Below, piece by piece: positions 50,916-61,221 of a stretch of 64,000 nucleotides of DNA (the first letter of the stretch is position 1; each line of letters starts with the position of its first letter). Location: assembly GCA_963832745.1 (NCBI GenBank), contig CAWHVC010000001.1:352001-416000 (forward strand). Reading direction: 5' to 3'. The DNA is from Candidatus Bathyarchaeota archaeon. Lineage in GTDB: Archaea > Thermoproteota > Bathyarchaeia > Bathyarchaeales > Bathycorpusculaceae. The position numbers and the translations under genes are program-made. The notes under the pieces are model-generated. The model was not told where the DNA came from. It did not search any database and worked only from the letters and a program-made list of their open reading frames with translations.

Positions 50916-51267
50916 CTAGGCAAAAATAAGTAAGCTTTTGTCTGTGGCTGCTATGATTGCTTCTCCCTGTTGCCGGGCGATTTTCTGCAGGTTGTATGCG
51001 ATAATTTTAGCGGTGTCTCTGTTCAGACATACAGCGAACTCATCCATAAGCCACCAATGCTTGTCACTTTCGATTAGCTTGGCAATTCTGTATCGATACC
51101 GTTGGCCATCGCTTGATTGGCGGTATGTTACGCAGGAAAAGAACAGCATCATTTAAGCCAACTTTGCTACAATTCCAAGCTTTCTTCGATGAGTTGTCCT
51201 GAGCGGTCGTTCTTCGTTTATGTCCCAGGGTTTGCCCTTTACCAATCCAGCGCCTCCAAATCAACAC
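50916..51267 (-). pseudogene. fragment of mobile-element-type ABC-like ATPase
   Basis: VGLNDA.LFLR, SDGQRYRYRIAKL, LMDEF...L.RDTAK; frameshifted and truncated. Confidence 0.7.
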
Positions 51268-51269
51268 TG

Positions 51270-51410
51270 AAAACGGCTTTGCGCTCTTGCCGCTCTTTAC
51301 GAACTATCTGCATAACGGCTAGCTGGTTTAGATACGCGCTCTCAACCGCCCGCTCCTTTCCAGTTACGTTAGCTACTCTTGAGCGGTACCCCTGCCAAGC
51401 TTAATCAAAG
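51270..51410 (-). pseudogene. winged-HTH regulator fragment
   Basis: ANVTGKERAVESAYLNQL..M..VRKER..RKAVF. Confidence 0.5.
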
Positions 51411-51474
51411 TCAACATTAATGACTTAGAGATGTTTGGGGAAATCCAGTATCTTGTAGAGGCACCGCTGGCTCA

Positions 51475-51702
51475 TCATGATTCTTGACCCACAAAAACCC
51501 CCCATAACCGTACCGCATAAACCCTAATGCCAGCAAAAAGCTCACTATTCCAAGTATGCAGAAGCGCTAAACTTGCAATCTCAACAGCAGTTAAACAGGC
51601 GACGATTCCTAAAGCACATTTTACGGCGCTAACCAAGTTGTTGTTTGGTTCTTCTTCTATCCAATGCCCACACTGCATCCGCCGCCTTGTCAAGGCACGC
51701 TT
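51475..51702 (-). pseudogene. truncated paralog of integrated-element membrane protein 59162..59407
   Basis: [11 protein letters not shown]...V.....LHTWNSELFA...GVFVG vs KHALTRRR..EEP...LNTWNSEIFA...GLFVG. Confidence 0.75.
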
Positions 51703-51704
51703 AT

Positions 51705-51900
51705 ACCCTTGAGGAAGCAGAGCGTGGTGTTGAAAAAGAAATTGAGGTCCCGAGAATTGAGCGTTGCCCAGTTTGTGGGGGTTCTGGAGCTACTCCAGGT
51801 TCTTCAGTGCAAACTTGCCCAGCATACAGAGGTTCTGGAAAAGTCCCATAACACAATAAGAAAACGTTCGGGCACGTTTATGCAAATCGCGCAATGCTCT
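51705..51900 (+). pseudogene. DnaJ central zinc-finger fragment
   Basis: [27 protein letters not shown]....TCP...GSG. Confidence 0.8.
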
Positions 51901-52290
51901 GCCAACTTTCCCGTGTGGGGAAGACGATTTAGCAGGTGCGGAAAAGCACGGTTTTGCCTGCGCCCCTCTTCTGCAGGGCTTCAATTGCGTTTCCCGCTTG
52001 GCGTTCTTCCCAGAAACCAACTATTGCATTCATGAACAACAAAAGAAGAATAAGTCCAAAAGAAGAAGTATCACCCAGCACCGCTGATATAACAAGGCTG
52101 CTTCAATCATTAAAGGGATTGGCTCCAAAAGTAATGCAGAAATTTTACAATAGTGTTAACTTTTTTTCTGATTTCATTGAGACCATATTTTTGGAGCCTT
52201 GTTTGAGCTTCTTCTGAAGAAAGACCTTGCTTGATGAAAGTGATTTAAAAAGTTGATCTGCTTCGCTTTCTCTGTAGAAATTTCTTGCTC
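51900..52290 (-). pseudogene. P-type H+-ATPase (P3A-like) N-terminal pseudogene fragment
   Basis: Across frameshifts: GLSSEEAQTRLQKYGLNEI...KFLHYFW.PIPLMIEAA...LLFMNAIVGFWEERQAGNAIEAL. Confidence 0.8.
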
Positions 52291-52583
52291 CAAAAAACGC
52301 ATTAACCTTAAACGTTAAAAATCCTGTATCAATAAAACGAAAGTAAGTTAAAAAAAAAACTTTCTAACCCTACTCAGTCAGTCTATATAGCGGTTGTAAA
52401 AGTTTGAAACGCTTCTTATTCTGTGATTGCCTTTGCCCAGTCACAAACGCACTTAAACCGAATGAAGTCAAATTTACTCAAAGTTAAGACAGTAATTAAA
52501 CTGTAGAAGACATCTGCCGATGTTTAACTAACAGTAAAGTTGTCGCTTTTTAAAATTACAAAAAGTAAACAGGAAGTTTTAGA

Positions 52584-53297
52584 TTGAAAAAATGTGAAGA
52601 AATAATTCAAAAGGCACTCAAGCAAGGTCATTCATCCCTTTTGCTTCCTGAAGCACAACAAGTCGTCAGTGCGCACTACATCCCTACTCCAAAAGCTTTT
52701 CTTGCAAAAAACGTTGAAGAAGCCATAAAGAAAGGAAGCGAAATTGGGTTTCCAGTGGTTTTGAAAATTGTTTCCCCTATGATACTGCACAAGTCAGATG
52801 TCGGCGGGGTAGCATTGAACGTCAACAGTCCAGAAGAGCTTAAAGAAGCTTACCAAAAAATGATTAAAGAAGTAAGCAGAAACACGCCGGACGAACAAAT
52901 TATAGGTGTCAGCGTAGAGAAAATGCTGCCTTCCTCCACAGAGGTTATTGTAGGTGGCATAAGAGACAGCCAGTTTGGTCCTTCAGTAATGTTTGGTATG
53001 GGAGGCATCTTCGCTGAGGTTTACGAAGATGTAGCTTTCCGTGTTGCACCGCTGGACAAAATTGATGCTTTAAACTTGATAAACGGCTTAAAGGGCTCAA
53101 AAATTCTTAAGGGCATCCGTGGAAATCCGCCCGCTGACATGGAAGCGTTAGCTGACATACTTTTGAATGTTTCATCGTTAATGATTGAGCATAGCAGTAT
53201 AAGTCAACTTGACCTTAACCCTGTGCTTGTTTATCCAGACTCTGCCTACGCTGTGGATTACAGAATCATATTAAAACAACCTGAAGGAGGAAAATAA
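52584..53297 (+). CDS. acdB: ADP-forming acetyl/acyl-CoA synthetase beta subunit (ATP-grasp)
   Basis: GFPVVLKIVSP.ILHKSDVGGV, FGPSVMFGMGGIF.E, LDLNP. Confidence 0.92.
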   Translation: MKKCEEIIQKALKQGHSSLLLPEAQQVVSAHYIPTPKAFLAKNVEEAIKKGSEIGFPVVLKIVSPMILHKSDVGGVALNVNSPEELKEAYQKMIKEVSRNTPDEQIIGVSVEKMLPSSTEVIVGGIRDSQFGPSVMFGMGGIFAEVYEDVAFRVAPLDKIDALNLINGLKGSKILKGIRGNPPADMEALADILLNVSSLMIEHSSISQLDLNPVLVYPDSAYAVDYRIILKQPEGGK

Positions 53298-54726
53298 ATG
53301 AGTTTGGAGCCTTTTTTTTAACCCTAAAAACGTGGCGGTAGTAGGAGTTTCAAGACAACCTAGAAAATTCGGTCATGTTATCTTCAAAAACTTTGTGGAT
53401 TCAGACTTTTCAGGGAATGTTTATCCGGTTAACCCTCATGCAGAAACTATTTTGGATACGAAAGCTTACCGCTCATTACGCGATATTCCAGATGAACTTG
53501 ATTTAGTCACAATCGCTGTTCCAGCAAAGCTCGTACCCTCAATTGTCGATGATTGCCTTGATAAAAAAGTTAAGACGGCAGTGATAATTTCAGGTGGATT
53601 CAAAGAAATCGGTGCAGAAGGAGCCAAACTTGAACGGGAAATTAAAGAGAAAATTAAGGGAAAAAACCTTCGAATAATCGGCCCCAACTGCATAGGTGTA
53701 TTTGACCCCACAAGCCATGTTGACACACTGTTCTTGCCAACCTATAAACTTCGACGCCCAAAAAAAGGGTCAATAGCTTTTATTTCGCAAAGTGGAGCCT
53801 TCGGTTCAGCAGTGCTTGATTGGGCAGCATCCAAAGAAATCGGCATAAGCAAATTCATAAGCATAGGAAACAAGCTTGACGTTGACGAAGTTGACCTATT
53901 AAATTTCCTATCTGAAGATCCGCTTACAAAGTGCATAGCTGTTTATGTTGAAAGCATCGGTCGTGGAAGAGAATTTCTCAACGCCGCATCGAAGGTTGTG
54001 CCAAAAAAACCTGTTGTATTCTTAAAAGGTGGCATAACAAAAGCAGGCGCTCAAGCTGCAATGTCTCACACTGGTTCGCTTGCGGGTTTAGCTAAAGTTT
54101 ACGAAGGCGCATTCAAGGGTGCAGGGGTAATTGAGGCTTTCACGGTTGACGAATTGTTCGATTACGCGCGGGTATTAGCTTACCAACAGGCGCCAAAAGA
54201 ACAAACAAACGTTGCTATCGTGACTAATGGCGGCGGTTTTGGAGTTATAAGTAGTGATGAAGCCTCAAGGCAGGGTCTTAAACTGGCAAGTTTTGGTTCA
54301 AATACCGTAAAGAAGGTGGCGGCGTCTATGCCCAGCTATGGTGAAGTGCATAACCCGTTAGATTTGGTTGGGGATGCGGATGTTCAACGTTACCGGGTGG
54401 CCTTAGACGCGGTTGGTTCTGACCCAAACGTAGGAATAATTTTGGTTATTGTTCTTCTTCAAACCTCGTTTATAGAATCCGACATAGTTGACGCTATAAG
54501 TGAAGCAAATGTTGCCTCAGGAAAACCCATTGTAGTTTGCACTATTGGAGGCGATTTCACAGAGATCTTAAGCAAGATGCTAGAAGAGGACCATATACCA
54601 GCGTACTCTACACCTGAAAGGTCGATTAAAGCAATTGGCGCGTTAATCAACTACGGCGTTGGCTTGAAAGATATTGATGAAAGAATCAAGCTCAACCAAA
54701 ATTACTTGTCAGAAAAAAGATATTGA
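53298..54726 (+). CDS. acdA: ADP-forming acetyl/acyl-CoA synthetase alpha subunit (one-base frameshift in T8 run at 53312-53319)
   Basis: IGPNCIG, SQSGA, SHTGSLAG, TNGGG, NPLDL.GDA; MSLEPFFNPKNVAVVG is restored by removing one T. Confidence 0.92.
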
Positions 54727-54778
54727 ATCCTGTTGACTATACTAAGAAATCAGTCCAACAGAGAAGCTTTCTTTTAAC

Positions 54779-55066
54779 TAAGACAGTGCTTTTTGAAATC
54801 AGCAGCATAAAAAATATCGTCAGTGAAGTCAGCTTGCCTACTTTTACTTTCCAGATTTCTGCCACATCATTGAAAAACACGCCTTTAGGTGACAAAATCG
54901 CGTAATGAATCACTGCACAGGCATTAACATCAACAATCATCTGTTTTACTTCAAGACCTTGAACCAATTTGAAAAAATTGTTGTTCACAAAAAGCTCTTT
55001 ACCCCGTGATTCTTTGGCTATTGTCCCTGCAGCAAAATGTCGTCAGCTAACATAGAGTGCCAATCA
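54779..55066 (-). pseudogene. SnoaL/NTF2-like protein pseudogene
   Basis: MLADD...GKELF...LEVKQMIVD..ACAVIHY...DVAEIWKVK.GKL.SL.IF with frameshifts. Confidence 0.55.
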
Positions 55067-55282
55067 CTCTTACTTAAGAGTCCCTTGTAATAATCTTGCA
55101 GAGTGACTCGTTTTGGTTTCGGGTTTTCATAAAAATCATCAGATAATTTTTGAAATGCAGACTATTCAAACTTTATCATACACTCACAATTTAGCAAAAA
55201 AATTGATAAAAGTATCCCGCAAGTTTATGAAAACAGCATATTGGCAGAAACCACGCCGCTAATGGATTCAAAGCCTTGCAGG

Positions 55283-55964
55283 TTATGGAAGCATTTTTTC
55301 GCGTCTAATAAGCCTGCTAGACAAAACCAGCAACACAGCCGCCAATGCAATGGCTAAAACAGATAGCGCCAAAACTATTATGACCTCCAAAGAAAATCCC
55401 AGAAAAGAAAGGTAAAAGGTAGGAATTATAAACACAACACCAAGCGCTGTAGCGAGGGGACTGTTGCCGCCTACACGTTGCTTCTGTAAGGAGCTAAAAG
55501 CCATCATCGCGGTAACAACAAAGGAAACTACAGAAAAACCTAGAAAACCAGTGAGAGCCAGCATCAATAAATCCAAAAGAAACGCTGGTGAACCGGCGAT
55601 GGCGCCCACTATTAAAACGGCGATGGATTCAGCGATAAAAAGAATCAACACCAAAAAGAGAGCAGCCTTCAAATACTGCTTAAAAACACTGCTTTGGTTC
55701 CATCCAAGCGAAAGCAGGTACTCCAAGACACCGTTGTTTTTGTCGTAAACATAGAGCAGTATTACTGGGGTTGGAAACATTAGAAGCCCAAAAGCCATGA
55801 AGGAAACAGAAAGAAGATAGAATTGTTCACCTGAGCTTCCCCCAAAAAAATTAAGGGCAACTAGTACTGAAAACTCCAAAAACTGCAAAAAAGACGCCCA
55901 TTCCAGCTTGAATTTTACTTAAACTAAGACTCCGTTTAGCGAAAATCAAGGTACTGCTTGGCAT
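55283..55964 (-). CDS. ABC-2 permease (frameshift near 55860)
   Basis: YDKNNGVLEYLLSLG; ATG 55964 abuts the ATPase stop but is out of frame with 55283..55888. Confidence 0.75.
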
Positions 55965-56837
55965 TTAGGGGGGCTCCTGTGGTTTTTCGTTGCCGTGAGT
56001 TTCAAATAGTTCCTGCAGGGGATTGCCTAGCTGACGCATTTCAGTAACTAAAATGCCTTTTTCAACAATTTTTTTAAGTGCCAATCCAGCCTCTTCGGGA
56101 CTTGACACACTTAAAATGTAGTAGTCGCCTTCACGTTTAGCGTCGACAATTCCAGTTATGTCTGTTGAGGCTTTGATTCCCACGCGGTAATTTTTGGGTT
56201 TAATGTTTGAAATTCTATCAAGCGTCGTTACGGAACCGTTCTTGATTAGAATCAGGTAGGTGCCAATGTCTGTGGCTTCATAGAGGTTATGTGAAGAATA
56301 CAGAATCATACGGTCTTTGCTTAACCTCACGATAATATCCCGTATTTCCTTGGATACAGCAGGGTCTAAATTTGCGGTCGGTTCATCAAGCAGGTACAGG
56401 TCTCTTTTAGTTAGAAACACTTTAGCGATAGATGCCCTCTTTTTTTGTCCCTGAGAAAGGTCAGAAAATTTCTTGTTTTTCAATTCACCTAGTTCCAGTA
56501 ACTCAATTGCTTTGTTTGGGTCTCCGCCTTCCATGTCAGCGTAAAATTTGAGTGCATCATACACCGTCATTTCTTCAGGCATTGCATTATATTGCGAGAG
56601 GTAACTTATTCTGGTTCTTGCTTGGGCTGTGGTGGTTAAGTTCTGGCCGTCAAGAAGAAGGCTTCCTTTGAATGGTTCAAGGATACCAGCGATTGTTCTA
56701 AACAGAGTGGTTTTGCCAGCGCCATTAGGTCCTAAAACAACGTATATGGATGGTTCACTAAGTTTGAAGCTGATATCATGCAGTACAACTTGTCGGTTAT
56801 AACCTGAAGATACGTTGTTAAGTTCTAAAATAGGCAC
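55965..56837 (-). CDS. ABC transporter ATP-binding protein
   Basis: GPNGAGKT, LSQGQKKR, LLDEPTANLD, SSHNL. Confidence 0.95.
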   Translation of the reverse strand: MPILELNNVSSGYNRQVVLHDISFKLSEPSIYVVLGPNGAGKTTLFRTIAGILEPFKGSLLLDGQNLTTTAQARTRISYLSQYNAMPEEMTVYDALKFYADMEGGDPNKAIELLELGELKNKKFSDLSQGQKKRASIAKVFLTKRDLYLLDEPTANLDPAVSKEIRDIIVRLSKDRMILYSSHNLYEATDIGTYLILIKNGSVTTLDRISNIKPKNYRVGIKASTDITGIVDAKREGDYYILSVSSPEEAGLALKKIVEKGILVTEMRQLGNPLQELFETHGNEKPQEPP

Positions 56838-56992
56838 AGCGAGTTCGCCTTTGGCTACTATCGAAATAGTCTTTTATGATATTTAAGGCTAAAATTAGCG
56901 GCAGTTTGTTAAGCAAATGACTTTGTTCTTGCTTTTTGCATTAAGCTTATAAAAATAGCAAATTATAGATTGCTTAGCAGGTATCCGAATTG

Positions 56993-57390
56993 ATGAAATC
57001 AACGGGCATAATTAGAAAAGCAATTAACACCAAAGATGGAAAAATCGGCATAGTTAAAGACTTAATAATCGAAACCAAGTCCGGCAGACAAGAAAGACTC
57101 GGGTAAAAGGGCTTACGTCCCCAGATTGGTGGATATCACACCTTGAAATATAGATAGACGAAACCTTCAAAAAAAATTAATCGCAGCCAAAAAATTAGCT
57201 ATAAACAAAACAGAAACAACATTTACGCTAAAACTAGCGTGTTTTGGTGAGGACGCAGTCAATCTAACGCCAAAAGGCTTAGAAATTAAAGTAACCAAAG
57301 CTCAAGCCGGCGACAACATTGGAACACTATACACCTTTTTTAAGCAGGCAACAATAGCCAAACCAAACCTAACCCTAAAACGCCTATAAA
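56993..57390 (+). pseudogene. PRC-barrel-like pseudogene
   Basis: MKSTGII.K.I.TKDGKIG.VKDLIIE followed by in-frame stops. Confidence 0.45.
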
Positions 57391-57671
57391 AAAGGAAAGC
57401 CTATTCCTACTTCCACTTAATAATCGTTCAAATTTTCAGTTACCTGTATCCACACAATAACCTACATTGAAAAGCCTTTTTGTGGTTTAATCATAGCCCA
57501 AACATTGCTTTATCAACGTATAGGCACTTCTGAAAGTGGGTCTACTCTGGATGTAACAAATAAGGAACGTTATCCACCACTTAGGATGAAGCCCGCTTTT
57601 TTGAAATGGCATAATGGTGCTATCCTACATGACTAAAGTTGTCTTAATTAATCCTCCTGAAAAAACATAGC

Positions 57672-57910
57672 TCAAACCGTATACTCCCCAAGCTTTCTTT
57701 GCCCTTCAGCTATCTTTCTCGGATCAGCTTCAACATCTACTTGCCCAAGGGTTTCGATTAGCCGCTCAAACTTAACCTCAAGCCGACCCAATTTCCTATC
57801 GATACACTTAATTTTCTCAGGCATCTGCATGTAATCGATTGCCGCATCCTTACCCAATGTTTTCAAGTTCGCCCTCGCCCCAACTGTGATCGATCTTTCG
57901 CCTCCCAGCT
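57672..57910 (-). pseudogene. C-terminal fragment of element-encoded protein
   Basis: RKIDHSWGEGELE/LGKDAAIDYMQMPEKI plus coiled coil; no N-terminus. Confidence 0.45.
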
Positions 57911-58002
57911 CTTACACTGAAGTATCTGCCAAACAATTTTGCAACAGGTCCTCAACCGCCAACGCCTGCTCACGCAGAGCATCACGTTCCTTAAAAAACT
58001 GC

Positions 58003-58439
58003 TTAGGCCGAAGCGCCCGGGGCTTTTTTAGAAAATTCCGCATTATACTTCTCCCTCAAATCTGCAAGCTCAGATTCAACCTCCCGATAATGCACATAAT
58101 CAGCCAAAATCTCCTTGTAAGTCTTAGCCAAAGTTGCAACAACCTGCAACCGCTGAACATCAACCCTATCAAGACCTGGCTTACAAGCAGCCCTCAAAGC
58201 ACCAGCCAACATCCCCGCTGCCTCTTCAACGCTAGGAAATCCTTAGGAATAACAATAGAAGTAGTAGTCGTTACAGCCTTACCGTCGACGACTACTTCTA
58301 AACCAAGACGCTCACACTTCTTCAAAACAGCATCCGAGCTGAGGCCAAACTTTTCAGCAATCACCTTAAGAGAAATCTTTGCTTCAACAAGCTCCCTAAG
58401 CTGCTTTTCCCGCTCAGCACTCCAAGGTTTACCCTTCAA
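58003..58439 (-). pseudogene. HTH-containing element protein split by a frameshift (~58238)
   Basis: MKGKPWS.E.E.QLRELV HTH-like start; PKD/PSVEEAAGMLAGAL joins with one added base; paralogous to 58451..58768. Confidence 0.65.
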
Positions 58440-58450
58440 CCATAAAACCT

Positions 58451-58768
58451 CTATTCACTCTGCATTTTAATAGCACAAGAATTAACCACCTGATCAACAT
58501 ATTTTCCAGCAATCTCAAGATAAAGCCGGGCACCCTCAACAAGTGCAGATAACCTTAACAGTTCAACCTCATTTAACCCAGGCTTGCAAGCATCCTGCAG
58601 AGCTTTACCAAGCATTATCTGCGCCTCCTTAAGACTTGACAACCCCTTATCCTTAAGAATAACCTGCTCAACAGCATCCTTGAGCACTTGCATTCCTTCA
58701 ACAGACAAAGTTCTCTTCAATGATAACCCTCTTTTAACCTGAAGCGGTAATTTCAATATCAAACCCAA
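58451..58768 (-). CDS. hypothetical element protein, paralog of the 58003..58439 C-terminal half
   Basis: L.S.KEAQ.ML.KAL..ACKPGL..VE..RL vs PSVEEA..ML.GAL..ACKPGL..V...RL. Confidence 0.6.
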   Translation of the reverse strand: MGLILKLPLQVKRGLSLKRTLSVEGMQVLKDAVEQVILKDKGLSSLKEAQIMLGKALQDACKPGLNEVELLRLSALVEGARLYLEIAGKYVDQVVNSCAIKMQSE

Positions 58769-59165
58769 ATGAAGTAATTCCAGTTACCGTGCTAGCCACC
58801 GTCAACGTAAACATAACCGGCACAACTTGCCCAGGAGCAATCGGCGCACCCAAATAATCCCAAGCCAACGCCAAATATGATGATCCGACTGCAGGCTCAA
58901 AATTTCGCATCGCCAAGTTAGCGCTCACATTAGAAGCAAGACTACTCTTCATGTACAAAGTACGGTTAACCTGCTGGCCAGGCTCAAGAGTGCCCCAGTC
59001 AATGCTTGAAACCTTACTTGCACAAGCACGATCAGAGTAAAAATTAAATTCCCTCGAAATGATGATGCCATGGGTCGGAATAGTTACAGAGTACTGTAGG
59101 GCAGCATAAACAAAACCCATAGGAATAATGCTGATAAGAAGTGCCGCAATAAGCTTGGTCCTCAA
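58734..59165 (-). CDS. secreted beta-rich protein
   Basis: Signal peptide, SIDWGTLEPG, L.WDY.G..I.PG, FTLTV. Confidence 0.7.
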   Translation of the reverse strand: MRTKLIAALLISIIPMGFVYAALQYSVTIPTHGIIISREFNFYSDRACASKVSSIDWGTLEPGQQVNRTLYMKSSLASNVSANLAMRNFEPAVGSSYLALAWDYLGAPIAPGQVVPVMFTLTVASTVTGITSFGFDIEITASG

Positions 59166-59407
59166 GATTTTTTCCCCACAAATAGGCCAACGATTGTGCC
59201 AGTCAAACAGGTAATGGAAGCGAAAATTTCACTATTCCACGTATTCAAGCAAACCATGCTTACGACTTCCAAGCAACTTAGAATAATCGCCATAGCAATG
59301 GCAAACTCTACACCCAAAACAAGCCGTTCATCAGGCTCCTCAACAGTCGGATTCCTACTGCGGGTTTGGCGTCGACGTGTCAAGGCATGTTTAACCAAGT
59401 TCGTCAT
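59162..59407 (-). CDS. small two-TM membrane protein
   Basis: Basic N-terminus plus two hydrophobic helices. Confidence 0.65.
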   Translation of the reverse strand: MTNLVKHALTRRRQTRSRNPTVEEPDERLVLGVEFAIAMAIILSCLEVVSMVCLNTWNSEIFASITCLTGTIVGLFVGKKS

Positions 59408-59813
59408 GGCGCAACCTCTGCATTCTGTGAGCAAACATTCTTGGAGAACGCAGGCCAGCAGTGTTTGAGCGGCTTTGGCTTAAACTTGCTTGAGCAAAAC
59501 TCCGCAACATATCCCCTGCCACGACTTCAGAAACATGCCCCGCTGCTAAAACTTTAATCTCTAAGGCCCATCCAGCAGGTACGCTCGTATAATCAAGGTC
59601 AAAAAGAGAATCAGTATAGCGAAAACTGTTTTGCGCCAAAATAATGTTATGCGCCTTACCCATGACACCAAGATAGATTCCCCAACTTTTCACCGGAACA
59701 TCAACACAGCCACCGTTTAGACTGCTCTTACCTGTTGACGCATCACACCAATCAACAGCGATAAGATCACCGGGCTTAACATTTTCCAGCGCTTTTAGAA
59801 CTGACTTGCTCAT
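59391..59813 (-). CDS. hypothetical element protein
   Basis: PGDLIAVDWCDAS, SWGIYLG, HIIL-type beta-barrel pattern. Confidence 0.7.
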   Translation of the reverse strand: MSKSVLKALENVKPGDLIAVDWCDASTGKSSLNGGCVDVPVKSWGIYLGVMGKAHNIILAQNSFRYTDSLFDLDYTSVPAGWALEIKVLAAGHVSEVVAGDMLRSFAQASLSQSRSNTAGLRSPRMFAHRMQRLRHDELG

Positions 59814-59905
59814 CAAGACCAAACCAACAAAAACAAATCCCAAAGCTTAACACTAATAGGTTGTTAGCCTAAACACGCTAGCAAATTTCAGAAGAACTAT
59901 CTTTG

Positions 59906-59933
59906 TGGTGGACCAAGCGGGATTTGAACCCGC
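59906..59933 (-). other. tRNA 3'-half duplicate (Ala-like), att-site remnant
   Basis: GCGGG-TTCAAAT-CCCGC-TTGGTCC-A-CCA, no 5' half; U70/A73 pattern typical of tRNA-Ala. Confidence 0.75.
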
Positions 59934-60010
59934 CTTACGGCTTACTGATTTATTGGGTTCTCTTATCTCGGGGGGTCATAATCTAAAACCTATTTGGGAA
60001 TTGTTGTTTT

Positions 60011-60748
60011 CTAGTTATAAGCTTTTAGACAAATCCTCTTCTTTGCAAGGATTGTAATCAGGGAAATAACTGCAAGCAAGGATAAGACTGCCACAAAGGG
60101 AAACTCTGGAACGGTTGGAGATGGGTCTGGTGTAGATAAAGAAACTGTACCATCAGCTAAGTTTATTGTTACTTTGCCGCTCCAATTGCTCTCCTTTAAA
60201 ACCTTGAAGTGCCATCCAGAGCCGATGGGATTACCATCAGTAGGTTCAACAAAGACTGAGCCAGCAATGAAAGCTTGTGCTTGAAAATCAAATTGACCAT
60301 AGGGCGCATAAATTTTACCATGATTAGGACCGTAAAAATAGTCACCGCTTCCTTGAATAAAATTAAGAATTGTGTACGTGGAGTTTGTCTTCAGAGGAGC
60401 AGCATCATATTGATAAAGCGGTGAATCCCAAGTATCCGCAAAGTGACCCTTACCACGAATATTATAACAAAGGTTTGACTGTTCCTCATATGGACCGTTG
60501 TTTATTGATAATTGAATTGTGAAGTTTTGAATGTGGTGAGCTGGATTTGTGATTTCTTGTCCACTGTATGGATCAATTGTATGAGTTTCTGGTACGTTAT
60601 AGGAATTGTCGATTATCCGTGCAGTTAGTTCAGGTACAGACAATTCAGTCGTTGATTGCCCACATGTAAATTCAAGGAACAAACTTAGGGTTACTAACGT
60701 TGACAGCAGAACAGTAATCAATACGAGTGCTTTGCAGATTCTACTCAT
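60011..60748 (-). CDS. secreted surface protein with PEF-CTERM-like sorting signal
   Basis: Signal peptide; C-terminal PSPTVPEF + TM + KKR. Confidence 0.8.
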   Translation of the reverse strand: MSRICKALVLITVLLSTLVTLSLFLEFTCGQSTTELSVPELTARIIDNSYNVPETHTIDPYSGQEITNPAHHIQNFTIQLSINNGPYEEQSNLCYNIRGKGHFADTWDSPLYQYDAAPLKTNSTYTILNFIQGSGDYFYGPNHGKIYAPYGQFDFQAQAFIAGSVFVEPTDGNPIGSGWHFKVLKESNWSGKVTINLADGTVSLSTPDPSPTVPEFPFVAVLSLLAVISLITILAKKRICLKAYN

Positions 60749-61221
60749 ACTTTATAATCAGACCTCAAATTCAATAAAAGATTATTTGTAAAGGTTTGTT
60801 GACTGAACCACGTCGAAGTTTTCTTGACTAACTGACGAATGGCTCACTAATTACTTCCCGGTTTTTTTATTTTTTCGCATAACAATAATGGAGGGCGAAA
60901 CCGTACAATTCTTACTTAACTGGACCTCAAGTCTTGCTTTAGACGCGTGCATCGCTCTTTTTTAGTTACCAATTTAAGATGCAATTCATTAGCAAAGCGA
61001 ACATCTACTTTGGCACGCTTCAATTTTTTGTACGCAGCCTTCTTACTTCTGGCAACGCTTCCTCGAGTGATATTTAGCTGCTTATCAATGACATAATCAG
61101 GGCACTGTTAAGATGGCTTAAGATTATTTGATTATTTTCAATCAATCGCTAATATGAAACAGAGAGAAGCGCAGTTAATTGTTATGCTTCAATCTGTAGA
61201 GAAATCTTTGGAGAACTAGTT

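Larger units (their letters stand above)
57672..59850 (-). mobile_element. degraded integrated element / provirus remnant
   Basis: Tightly packed co-oriented unknown ORFs, internal paralogs, frameshifted and truncated genes, att-like tRNA fragment at the right border, paralog remnant at 51.5 kb. Confidence 0.6.

Noticed and set aside
57629-57670. MTKVVLINPP start resembling a B12-binding radical SAM N-terminus
   Set aside because: Only 13 codons before a stop; too short to support a call
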